Positions 25,290 through 37,718 of a stretch of DNA of 64,000 nucleotides are shown piece by piece. Positions within the stretch are counted from its first letter, which is position 1. Each line of letters opens with the position of its first letter. The translations under genes and the position numbers were made by a program. This DNA is from Eledone cirrhosa. Its lineage: Eukaryota. The notes under the pieces were generated by a model. It searched no databases. It saw only the letters and a program-made list of their open reading frames with translations, and was not told the DNA's origin. The DNA is taken from positions 23,312,001 through 23,376,000 of the forward strand of contig OZ024744.1 of assembly GCA_964016885.1 (NCBI GenBank), given 5' to 3'.

Positions 25290-28200
25290 TCTTAAGATTC
25301 AATTGTTGTTAAAACGAGTCAGTTCTTAAGATTCAACTGTTGTTAAAACGAGTTTTGTCTTAAGATTCAATTGTTGTTAACACGAGTCAGTTCTTAAGAT
25401 TCAACTGTTGTTAATACGAGTTTTATCTTAAGATTCAATTGTTGTTAAAACGAGTCAGTTCATAAGATTCAACTGTTGTTAAAACGAGTTGTATCTTAAG
25501 ATTCAGCTGTTGTTAAAACGAGTCAGTTCTTAAGATTCAAATGTTGTTAACACGAGTTTTATCTTAAGATTCAACTGTTGTTAAAACGAGTTTATCTAAA
25601 GATTCAGCTGTTGTTAAAACGAATCAGTTCTTAAGATTCAACTGTTGTTAAAACGAGTTTTATTTGAAGATTCAACTGTTGTTAAAATGAGTCAGTCCTT
25701 AAGGTTGAACTGTTGATAAAACGAGTCAGTTCTTAAGATTCAACTGTTGTTAAAACGAGTGTTATCTTAAGATTCAGCTGTTGTTAAAACGAGTCAGTTC
25801 TTAAGATTCAACTGTTGTTACAACGAGTTTTATCTTAAGATTCAACTGTTATTAAAACGAGTCAGTTCTTAAGATTCAACTGTTGTTAAAACGAGTTTTA
25901 TCTTCAGATTCAACTGTTGTTAAAACGAGTTTATCTTAAGATTCAGCTGTTGTTAAAATGAATCAGTTCTTAAGATTCAACTGTTGTTAAAACGAGTTTT
26001 ATTTGAAGATTCAACTGTTGTTAAAACGAGTCAGTTCTTAAGGTTGAACTGTTGATAAAACGAGTCAGTTCTTACGATTCAACTGTTGTTAAAACGAGTT
26101 TTATCTTAAGATTCAGCTGTTGTTAAAACGAGTCAGTTCTTAAGATTCAACTGTTGTTAAAACGAGTTTTATCTTAAGATTCAACTGTTGTTAAAACGAA
26201 TCCGTTCTTAAGATTCAACTGTCGTTAAAACGAGTTTTATTTGAAGATTCAACTGTTGTTAAAATGAGACAGTTCTTAAGGTTGAACTGTTGATAAAACG
26301 AGTCAGTTCTTAAGATTCAACTGTTGTTAAAACGAGTTTTATCTTAAGATTCAACTGTTATTAAAACGAGTCAGTTCTTAAGATTCAACTGTTGTTAAAA
26401 CGAGTTTTATCTTAAGATTCAACTGTTGTTAAAACGAGTTTTATCTTAAGATTCAACTGTTGTTAAAACGAGTTTTATTTGAAGATTCAACTGTTGTTAA
26501 AATGAGACAGTTCTTAAGGTTGAACTGTTGATAAAACGAGTCAGTTCTTAAGATTCAACTGTTGTTAAAACGAGTTTTGTCTTAAGATTCAATTGTTGTT
26601 AAAACGAGTCAGTTCTTAAGATTCAACTGTTGTTAAAACGAGTTTTGTCTTAAGATTCAATTGTTGTTAACACGAGTCAGTTCTTAAGATTCAACTGTTG
26701 TTAATACGAGTTTTATCTTAAGATTCAATTGTTGTTAAAACGAGTCAGTTCATAAGATTCAACTGTTGTTAAAACGAGTTATATCTTAAGATTCAGCTGT
26801 TGTTAAAACGAGTCAGTTCTTAAGATTCAAATGTTGTTAACACGAGTTTTATCTTAAGATTCAACTGTTGTTAAAACGATTTTATCTTAAGATTCAGCTG
26901 TTGTTAAAACGAATCAGTTCTTAAGATTCAACTGTTGTTAAAACGAGTTTTATTTGAAGATTCAACTGTTGTTAAAATGAGTCAGTTCTTAAGGTTGAAC
27001 TGTTGATAAAGCGAGTCAGTGGTTAAGATTCAACTGTTGTTAAAACGAGTTTTATCTTAAGATTCAGCTGTTGTTAAAACGAGTCAGTTCTTAAGATTCA
27101 ACTGTTGTTAAAACGAGTTTTATCTTAAGATTCAACTGTTATTAAAACGAGTCAGTTCTTAAGATTCAACTGTTGTTAAAACGAGTTTATCTTAAGATTC
27201 AACTGTTGTTAAAACGAGTTTATCTTAAGATTCAATTGTTGTTAAAACGAGTCAGTTCTTAAGATTCAACTGTTGTTAAAACGAGTTTTGTCTTAAGATT
27301 CAATTGTTGTTAACACGGGTCAGTTCTTAAGATTCAACTGTTGTTAATACGAGTTTTATCTTAAGATTCAATTGTTGTTAAAACGAGTCAGTTCATAAGA
27401 TTCAACTGTTGTTAAAACGAGTTATATCTTAAGATTCAGCTGTTGTTAAAACGAGTCAGTTCTTAAGATTCAAATGTTGTTAACACGAGTTTTATCTTAA
27501 GATTCAACTGTTGTTAAAACGAGTTTATCTAAAGATTCAGCTGTTGTTAAAACGAATCAGTCCTTAAGATTCAACTGTTGTTAAAACGAGTTTTATTTGA
27601 AGATTCAACTGTTGTTAAAATGAGTCAGTCCTTAAGGTTGAACTGTTGATAAAACGAGTCAGTTCTTAAGATTCAACTGTTGTTAAAACGAGTGTTATCT
27701 TAAGATTCAGCTGTTGTTAAAACGAGTCAGTTCTTAAGATTCAACTGTTGTTACAACGAGTTTTATCTTAAGATTCAACTGTTATTAAAACGAGTCAGTT
27801 CTTAAGATTCAACTGTTGTTAAAACGAGTTTTATCTTCAGATTCAACTGTTGTTAAAACGAGTTTATCTTAAGATTCAGCTGTTGTTAAAACGAATCAGT
27901 TCTTAAGATTCAACTGTTGTTAAAACGAGTTTTAGTTGAAGATTCAACTGTTGTTAAAACGAGTCAGTTCTTAAGGTTGAACTGTTGATAAAACGAGTCA
28001 GTTCTTACGATTCAACTGTTGTTAAAACGAGTTTTATCTTAAGATTCAGCTGTTGTTAAAACGAGTCAGTTCTTAAGATTCAACTGTTGTTAAAACGAGT
28101 TTTATCTTAAGATTCAACTGTTGTTAAAACGAATCCGTTCCTAAGATTCAACTGTCGTTAAAACGAGTTTTATTTGAAGATTCAACTGTTGTTAAAATGA

Positions 28201-29164
28201 GACAGTTCTTAAGGTTGAACTGTTGATAAAACGAGTCAGTTCTTAAGATTCAACTGTTGTTAAAACGAGTTTTATCTTAAGATTCAACTGTTATTAAAAC
28301 GAGTCAGTTCTTAAGATTCAACTGTTGTTAAAACGAGTTCTATCTTAAGATTCAACTGTTGTTAAAACGAGTTTTATCTTAAGATTCAACTGTTGTTAAA
28401 ACGAGTTTTATTTGAAGATTCAACTGTTGTTAAAATGAGACAGTTCTTAAGGTTGAACTGTTGATAAAACGAGTCAGTTCTTAAGATTCAACTGTTGTTA
28501 AAACGAGTTTTGTCTTAAGATTCAATTGTTGTTAAAACGAGTCAGTTCTTAAGATTCAACTGTTGTTAAAACGAGTTTTGTCTTAAGATTCAATTGTTGT
28601 TAACACGAGTCAGTTCTAAAGATTCAACTGTTGTTAATACGAGTTTTATCTTAAGATTCAATTGTTGTTAAAACGAGTCAGTTCATAAGATTCAACTGTT
28701 GTTAAAACGAGTTATATCTTAAGATTCAGCTGTTGTTAAAACGAGTCAGTTCTTAAGATTCAAATGTTGTTAACACGAGTTTTATCTTAAGATTCAACTG
28801 TTGTTAAAACGATTTTATCTTAAGATTCAGCTGTTGTTAAAACGAATCAGTTCTTAAGATTCAACTGTTGTTAAAACGAGTTTTATTTGAAGATTCAACT
28901 GTTGTTAAAATGAGTCAGTTCTTAAGGTTGAACTGTTGATAAAGCGAGTCAGTGGTTAAGATTCAACTGTTGTTAAAACGAGTTTTATCTTAAGATTCAG
29001 CTGTTGTTAAAACGAGTCAGTTCTTAAGATTCAACTGTTGTTAAAACGAGTTTTATCTTAAGATTCAACTGTTATTAAAACGAGTCAGTTCTTAAGATTC
29101 AACTGTTGTTAAAAGGAGTTTATCTTAAGATTCAACTGTTGTTAAAACGAGTTTATCTTAAGAT
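25290..29164 (+). repeat. Tandem duplication of a 1933-bp unit (57 monomers), two copies
   Basis: The GTTACAACGAG variant (CAACGAG at 25821/27754) and GATTTTATCT at 26878/28811 are both offset by 1933. Confidence 0.88.
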
Positions 29165-29729
29165 ACAGTTGTTGTGAAAACGAATCAGTTCTTAAGATTC
29201 AACTGTTGTTAAAACGAGTTTTATCTTAAGATTCAAGTGTTGTTAAAACGAGTGTTATCTTAAGATTTAACTGTTGTTAAATGAATCAGTTCTTATGATT
29301 CAACTGTTGTTAAAAGGAGTTTTATTTGAAGATTCAACTGTTGTTAAAACGAGTCAGTTCTTAAGATTCAACCGTTGTTAAAACGCGTTTTATCTTAAGA
29401 TTCAGCTGTTGTTAAAACGAGTCAGTTCTTAAGATTCAACTGTTGTTAAAACGAGTTTTATCTAAAGATTCAGCTGTTGTTAAAATGAGTCAGTTCTTAA
29501 GATTCAACTGTTGTTAAAACGAGTCAGTTCTTAAAATTCAACTGTTGTTAAAACGAGTTTTATTTGAAGATTCAACTGTTGTTAAAACGAGTCAGTTCTT
29601 AAGGTTGAACTGTTGATAAAACGAGTCAGTTCTTAAGATTCAACTGTTGTTAAAACGAGTTTTATCTTAAGATTCAGCTGTTGTTAAAACGAGTCATTTC
29701 TTAAGATTCAGCTGTTGTTAAAACGAATC

Positions 29730-29929
29730 NNNNNNNNNNNNNNNNNNNNNNNNNNNNNNNNNNNNNNNNNNNNNNNNNNNNNNNNNNNNNNNNNNNNNNN
29801 NNNNNNNNNNNNNNNNNNNNNNNNNNNNNNNNNNNNNNNNNNNNNNNNNNNNNNNNNNNNNNNNNNNNNNNNNNNNNNNNNNNNNNNNNNNNNNNNNNNN
29901 NNNNNNNNNNNNNNNNNNNNNNNNNNNNN
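29730..29929. other. Assembly/scaffold gap, exactly 200 N
   Basis: The N run starts at 29730 and ends at 29929. A round 200 N is typically a placeholder for a join of unknown size. Confidence 0.98.
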
Positions 29930-32900
29930 ACTCGTTTTATCAACAGTTCAACCTTAAGAACTGACTCATCTTAACAACAGTTGAATCTTCAAATAAAACT
30001 CGTTTTAACAACAGTTGAATCTTAAGAACTGATTCGTTTTAACAACAGCTGAATCTTAAGATAAAACTCGTTTTAACAACAGTTGAATCTTAAGATAAAA
30101 TTCGTTTTAAAAACAGTTGAATCTTAAGAACTGACTCGTTTTAACAACAGCAGAATCTTAAGATAAAACTCGTTTTAACAACAGTTGAATCTTAAGAACT
30201 GACTCGTTTTATCAACAGTTCAACCTTAAGCACTGACTCGTTTTAACAACAGTTGCATCTTCAAATAAAACTCGTTTTAACAACAGTTGATTCTTCAGAA
30301 CTGACTCATTTTAACAACAGTTGAATCTTAAGATAAAACTCGTTTTAACAACAGTTGAATCTTAAGAACTGACTCGTTTTAACAACGGCTGAATTTTAAG
30401 ATAAACTCGTTTTAACAACAGTTGAATCTTAAGAACTGACTCGTTTTAACAACAGCTAAATCTTAAGATAAAACTCGTTTTAACAACAGTTGAATCTTAA
30501 GAACTGACTCGTTTTAACAACAGTTCAACCTTAAGAACTGACTCGTTTTAAGAACAGTTGAATCTTAAGATAAAACTCGTTTTAACAACAGTTGAATCTT
30601 AAGAACTGACTCATTTTAACAACAGTTGAATCTTAAGAACTGATTCGTTTTAACAACAGTTGAATCTTCAGATAAAACTCGTTTTAACTACAGTTGAATC
30701 TTAAGAACTGACTCGTTTTAACAACAGTTGAATCTTAAGAACTGACTCATTTTAACAACAGTTGAATCTTAAGAACTGATTCGTTTTAACAACAGTTGAA
30801 TCTTAAGATAAAACTCGTTTTAACAACAGTTAAATCTTAAGAACTGACTCGTTTTAACAACAGCTGAATCTTAAGATAAAACTCGTTTTACAACAGTTGA
30901 ATCTTCAAATAAAACTCGTTTTAACAACAGTTGAATCTTAAGAACTGATTCGTTTTAACAACAGCTGAATCTTAAGATAAAACTCGTTTTAACAACAGTT
31001 GAATCTTAAGATAAAATTCGTTTTAACAACAGTTGAATCTTAAGAACTGACTCGTTTTAACAACAGCTGAATCTTAAGATAAAACTCGTTTTAACAACAG
31101 TTGAATCTTAAGAACTGACTCGTTTTATCAACAGTTCAACCTTAAGCACTGACTCGTTTTAACAACAGTTGAATCTTCAAATAAAACTCGTTTTAACAAC
31201 AGTCGATTCTTCAGAACTGACTCGTTTTAACAACAGTTGAATCTTAAGATAAAACTCGTTTTAACAACAGTTGAATCATAAGAACTGACTCATTTTAACA
31301 ACAGCTGAATCTTTAGATAAAACTCGTTTTAACAACAGTTGAATCTTAAGAACTGACTCGTTTTATCAACAGTTCAACCTTAAGAACTGACTCGTTTTAA
31401 CAACAGTTGAATCCTCAAATAAAACTCGTTTTAACAACAGTTGAATCTTAAGAACTGACTCGTTTTAACAACAGTTGAATCCTAAGATAAAACTCGTTTT
31501 AACAACAGTTGAATCTTAAGAACTGACTCATTTTAACAACAGTTGAATCTTAAGAACTGATTCGTTTTAACAACAGTTGAATCTTAAGATAAAACTCGTT
31601 TTAACAACAGTTGAATCTTAAGAACTGACTCGTTTTAACAACAGCTGAATCTTAAGATAAAACTCGTTTTACAACAGTTGAATCTTAAGAACTGACTCGT
31701 TTTATCAACAGTTCAACCTTAAGAACTGACTCATCTTAACAACAGTTGAATCTTCAAATAAAACTCGTTTTAACAACAGTTGAATCTTAAGAACTGATTC
31801 GTTTTAACAACAGCTGAATCTTAAGATAAAACTCGTTTTAACAACAGTTGAATCTTAAGATAAAATTCGTATTAACAACAGTTGAATCTTAAGAACTGAC
31901 TCGTTTTAACAACAGCTGAATCTTAAGATAAAACTCGTTTTAACAACAGTTGAATCTTAAGAACTGACTCGTTTTATCAACAGTTCAACCTTAAGCACTG
32001 ACTCGTTTTAACAACAGTTGAATCTTCAAATAAAACTCGTTTTAACAACAGTTGATTCTTCAGAACTGACTCGTTTTAACAACAGATGAATCTTAAGATA
32101 AATCTCGTTTTAACAACAGTTGAATCTTAAGAACTGACTCATTTTAACAACAGCTGAATCTGTAGATAAAACTCGTTTTAACAACAGTTGAATCTTAAGA
32201 ACTGACTCGTTTTATCAACAGTTCAACCTTAAGAACTGACTCGTTTTAACAACAGTTGAATCCTCAAATAAAACTCGTTTTAACAACAGTTGAATCTTAA
32301 GAACTGACTCATTTTAACAACAGTTGAATCTTAAGATAAAACTCGTTTTAACAACAGTTGAATCTTAAGAACTGACTCGTTTTAACAACGGCTGAATTTT
32401 AAGATAAACTCGTTTTAACAACAGTTGAATCTTAAGAACTGACTCGTTTTAACAACAGCTAAATCTTAAGATAAAACTCGTTTTACAACAGTTGAATCTT
32501 AAGAACTGACTCGTTTTATCAACAGTTCAACCTTAAGAACTGACTCATCTTAACAACAGTTGAATCTTCAAATAAAATTCGTTTTAACAACAGTTGAATC
32601 TTAAGAACTGACTCGTTTTAACAACAGTTGAATCTTAAGATAAAACTCGTTTTAACAACAGTTGAATCTTAAGAACTGACTCATTTTAACAACAGCTGAA
32701 TCTTAAGATAAATCTCGTTTTAACAACAGTTGAATCTTAAGATAAAATTCGTTTTAACAACAGTTGAATCTTAAGAACTGACTCGTTTTAACAACAGCTG
32801 AATCTTAAGATAAAACTCGTTTTAACAACAGTTGAATCTTAAGAACTGACTCGTTTTATCAACAGTTCAACCTTAAGCACTGACTCGTTTTAACAACAGT

Positions 32901-35900
32901 TGAATCTTCAAATAAAACTCGTTTTAACAACAGTTGATTCTTCAGAACTGACTCGTTTTAACAACAGTTGAATCTTAAGATAAAACTCGTTTTAACAACA
33001 GTTGAATCTTAAGAACTGACTCATTCTAACAACAGCTGAATCTTTAGATAAAACTCGTTTTAACAACAGTTGAATCTTAAGAACTGACTCGTTTTATCAA
33101 CAGTTCAACCTTAAGAACTGACTCGTTTTAACAACAGTTGAATCCTCAAATAAAACTCGTTTTAACAACAGTTGAATCTTAAGAACTGACTCGTTTTAAC
33201 AACAGTTGAATCTTAAGATAAAACTCGTTTTAACAACAGTTGAATCTTAAGAACTGACTCATTTTAACAACAGTTGAATCTTAAGAACTGATTCGTTTTA
33301 ACAACAGTTGAATCTTAAGAACTGACTCGTTTTAACAACGGCTGAATTTTAAGATAAACTCGTTTTAACAACAGTTGAATCTTAAGAACTGACTCGTTTT
33401 AACAACAGCTAAATCTTAAGATAAAACTCGTTTTAACAACAGTTGAATCTTAAGAACTGACTCGTTTTATCAACAGTTCAACCTTAAGAACTGACTCATT
33501 TTAACAACAGTTGAATCTTAAGATAAAACTCGTTTTAACAACAGTTGAATCTTAAGAACTGACTCGTTTTAACAACGGCTGAATTTTAATATAAACTCGT
33601 TTTAACAACAGTTGAATCTTAAGAACTGACTCGTTTTAACAACGGCTGAATTTTAAGATAAACTCGTTTTAACAACAGTTGAATCTTAAGAACTGATTCG
33701 TTTTAACAACAGCTGAATCTTAAGATAAATCTCGTTTTAACAACAGTTGAATCTTAAGGTAAAATTCGTTTTAACAACAGTTGAATCTTAAGAACTGACT
33801 CGTTTTAACAACAGTTGAATCTTAAGATAAAACTCGTTTTAACAACAGTTGAATCTTAAGAACTGACTCATTTTAACAACAGTTGAATCTTAAGATAAAA
33901 CTCGTTTTAACAACAGTTGAATCTTAAGAACTGACTCGTTTTATCAACAGTTCAACCTTAAGAACTGACTCGTTTTAACAACAGTTGAATCCTCAAATAA
34001 AACTCGTTTTAACAACAGTTGAATCTTAAGAACTGACTCGTTTTAACAACAGTTGAATCTTAAGATAAAACTCGTTTTACAACAGTTGAATCTTAAGAAC
34101 TGACTCGTTTTATCAACAGTTCAACCTTAAGAACTGACTCATCTTAACAACAGTTGAATCTTCAAATAAAACTCGTTTTAACAACAGTTGAATCTTAAGA
34201 ACTGATTCGTTTTAACAACAGCTGAATCTTAAGATAAAACTCGTTTTAACAACAGTTGAATCTTAAGATAAAATTCGTTTTAAAAACAGTTGAATCTTAA
34301 GAACTGACTCGTTTTAACAACAGCAGAATCTTAAGATAAAACTCGTTTTAACAACAGTTGAATCTTAAGAACTGACTCGTTTTATCAACAGTTCAACCTT
34401 AAGCACTGACTCGTTTTAACAACAGTTGCATCTTCAAATAAAACTCGTTTTAACAACAGTTGATTCTTCAGAACTGACTCGTTTTAACAACAGTTGAATC
34501 TTAAGATAAAACTCGTTTTAACAACAGTTGAATCTTAAGAACTGACTCATTTTAACAACAGCTGAATCTCTAGATAAAACTCGTTTTAACAACAGTTGAA
34601 TATTTAGAACTGACTCGTTTTCTCAACAGTTCAACCTTAAGAACTGACTCGTTTTAACAACAGTTGAATCCTCAAATAAAACTCGTTTTAACAACAGTTG
34701 AATCTTAAGAACTGACTCATTTTAACAACAGTTGAATCTTAAGATAAAACTCGTTTTAACAACAGTTGAATCTTAAGAACTGACTCGTTTTAACAACGGC
34801 TGAATTTTAAGATAAACTCGTTTTAACAACAGTTGAATCTTAAGAACTGACTCGTTTTAACAACAGCTAAATCTTAAGATAAAACTCGTTTTAACAACAG
34901 TTGAATCTTAAGAACTGACTCGTTTTATCAACAGTTCAACCTTAAGAACTGACTCATTTTAACAACAGTTGAATCTTAAGATAAAACTCGTTTTAACAAC
35001 AGTTGAATCTTAAGAACTGACTCGTTTTAACAACGGCTGAATTTTAAGATAAACTCGTTTTAACAACAGTTGAATCTTAAGAACTGACTCGTTTTAACAA
35101 CGGCTGAATTTTAAGATAAACTCGTTTTAACAACAGTTGAATCTTAAGAACTGATTCGTTTTAACAACAGCTGAATCTTAAGATAAATCTCGTTTTAACA
35201 ACAGTTGAATCTTAAGGTAAAATTCGTTTTAACAACAGTTGAATCTTAAGAACTGACTCGTTTTAACAACAGTTGAATCTTAAGATAAAACTCGTTTTAA
35301 CAACAGTTGAATCTTAAGAACTGACTCATTTTAACAACAGTTGAATCTTAAGATAAAACTCGTTTTAACAACAGTTGAATCTTAAGAACTGACTCGTTTT
35401 ATCAACAGTTCAACCTTAAGAACTGACTCGTTTTAACAACAGTTGAATCCTCAAATAAAACTCGTTTTAACAACAGTTGAATCTTAAGAACTGACTCGTT
35501 TTAACAACAGTTGAATCTTAAGATAAAACTCGTTTTAACAACAGTTGAATCTTAAGAACTGACTCATTTTAACAACAGTTGAATCTTAAGAACTGATTCG
35601 TTTTAACAACAGTTGAATCTTCAGATAAAACTCGTTTTAACAACAGTTGAATCTTAAGAACTGACTCGTTTTAACAACAGCTGAATCTTAAGATAAAACT
35701 CGTTTTACAACAGTTGAATCTTAAGAACTGACTCGTTTTATCAACAGTTCAACCTTAAGAACTGACTCATCTTAACAACAGTTGAATCTTCAAATAAAAC
35801 TCGTTTTAACAACAGTTGAATCTTAAGAACTGATTCGTTTTAACAACAGCTGAATCTTAAGATAAAACTCGTTTTAACAACAGTTGAATCTTAAGATAAA

Positions 35901-37718
35901 ATTCGTTTTAAAAACAGTTGAATCTTAAGAACTGACTCGTTTTAACAACAGCAGAATCTTAAGATAAAACTCGTTTTAACAACAGTTGAATCTTAAGAAC
36001 TGACTCGTTTTATCAACAGTTCAACCTTAAGCACTGACTCGTTTTAACAACAGTTGCATCTTCAAATAAAACTCGTTTTAACAACAGTTGATTCTTCAGA
36101 ACTGACTCGTTTTAACAACAGTTGAATCTTAAGATAAAACTCGTTTTAACAACAGTTGAATCTTAAGAACTGACTCATTTTAACAACAGCTGAATCTTAA
36201 GATAAAACTCGTTTTAACAACAGTTGAATCTTAAGAACTGACTCGTTTTCTCAACAGTTCAACCTTAAGAACTGACTCGTTTTAACAACAGTTGAATCCT
36301 CAAATAAAACTCGTTTTAACAACAGTTGAATCTTAAGAACTGACTCATTTTAACAACAGTTGAATCTTAAGATAAAACTCGTTTTAACAACAGTTGAATC
36401 TTAAGAACTGACTCGTTTTAACAACGGCTGAATTTTAAGATAAACTCGTTTTAACAACAGTTGAATCTTAAGAACTGACTCGTTTTAACAACAGCTAAAT
36501 CTTAAGATAAAACTCGTTTTAACAACAGTTGAATCTTAAGAACTGACTCGTTTTATCAACAGTTCAACCTTAAGAACTGACTCATCTTAACAACAGTTGA
36601 ATCTTCAAATAAAATTCGTTTTAACAACAGTTGAATCTTAAGAACTGATTCGTTTTAACAACAGCTGAATCTTAAGATAAATCTCGTTTTAACAACAGTT
36701 GAATCTTAAGATAAAATTCGTTTTAACAACAGTTGAATCTTAAGAACTGACTCGTTTTAACAACAGTTGAATCTTAAGATAAAACTCGTTTTAACAACAG
36801 TTGAATCTTAAGAACTGACTCATTTTAACAACAGTTGAATCTTAAGATAAAACTCGTTTTAACAACAGTTGAATCTTAAGAACTGACTCGTTTTATCAAC
36901 AGTTCAACCTTAGGCACTGACTCGTTTTAACAACAGTTGAATCTTCAAATAAAACTCGTTTTAACAACAGTTGATTCTTCAGAACTGACTCGTTTTAACA
37001 ACAGTTGAATCTTAAGATAAAACTCGTTTTAACAACAGTTGAATCTTAAGAACTGACTCATTTTAACAACAGCTGAATCTTTAGATAAAACTCGTTTTAA
37101 CAACAGTTGAATCTTAAGAACTGACTCGTTTTATCAACAGTTCAACCTTAAGAACTGACTCGTTTTAACAACAGTTGAATCCTCAAATAAAACTCGTTTT
37201 AACAACAGTTGAATCTTAAGAACTGACTCATTTTAACAACAGTTGAATCTTAAGATAAAACTCGTTTTAACAAGAGTTGAATCTTAAGAACTGACTCGTT
37301 TTAACAACGGCTGAATTTTAAGATAAACTCGTTTTAACAACAGTTGAATCTTAAGAACTGACTCGTTTTAACAACTGCTAAATCTTAAGATAAAACTCGT
37401 TTTAACAACAGTTGAATCTTAAGAACTGACTCGTTTTATCAACAGTTCAACCTTAAGAACTGACTCATCTTAACAACAGTTGAATCTTCAAATAAAATTC
37501 GTTTTAACAACAGTTGAATCTTAAGAACTGACTCGTTTTAACAACAGTTGAATCTTAAGATAAAACTCGTTTTAACAACAGTTGAATCTTAAGAACTGAC
37601 TCATTTTAACAACAGCTGAATCTTAAGATAAAACTCGTTTTAACAACAGTTGAATCTTAAGATAAAATTCGTTTTAACAACAGTTGAATCTTAAGAACTG
37701 ACTCGTTTTAACAACAGC

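Larger units (their letters stand above)
1..29729 (+). repeat. 34-bp tandem satellite array, left block (about 875 monomers), mostly alternating type A (TCAGTT-) and type B (TTTTAT-) monomers
   Basis: Bases 1-34 are TTTTATCTTAAGATCCAGCTGTTGTTAAAACGAG and 35-68 are TCAGTTCTTAAGATTCAACTGTTGTTAAAACGAG. The pattern continues without unique sequence to the gap, with only substitutions and small deletions. The array is open at the window start. Confidence 0.99.

Noticed and set aside
1-29729. A/B monomer order as an information-bearing code or phase-variable cassette system
   Set aside because: The order is explained by AB alternation plus nested duplications, and no recombinase or expressed locus is present.
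29701-29943. Supplied 80-aa ORF on the - strand
   Set aside because: It is almost entirely X from the N gap, and the flanking residues are satellite translation. The satellite itself is dense in stop codons on both strands.
29715-29957. Supplied 80-aa ORF on the + strand
   Set aside because: Same artefact: it is open only because N codons contain no stops.
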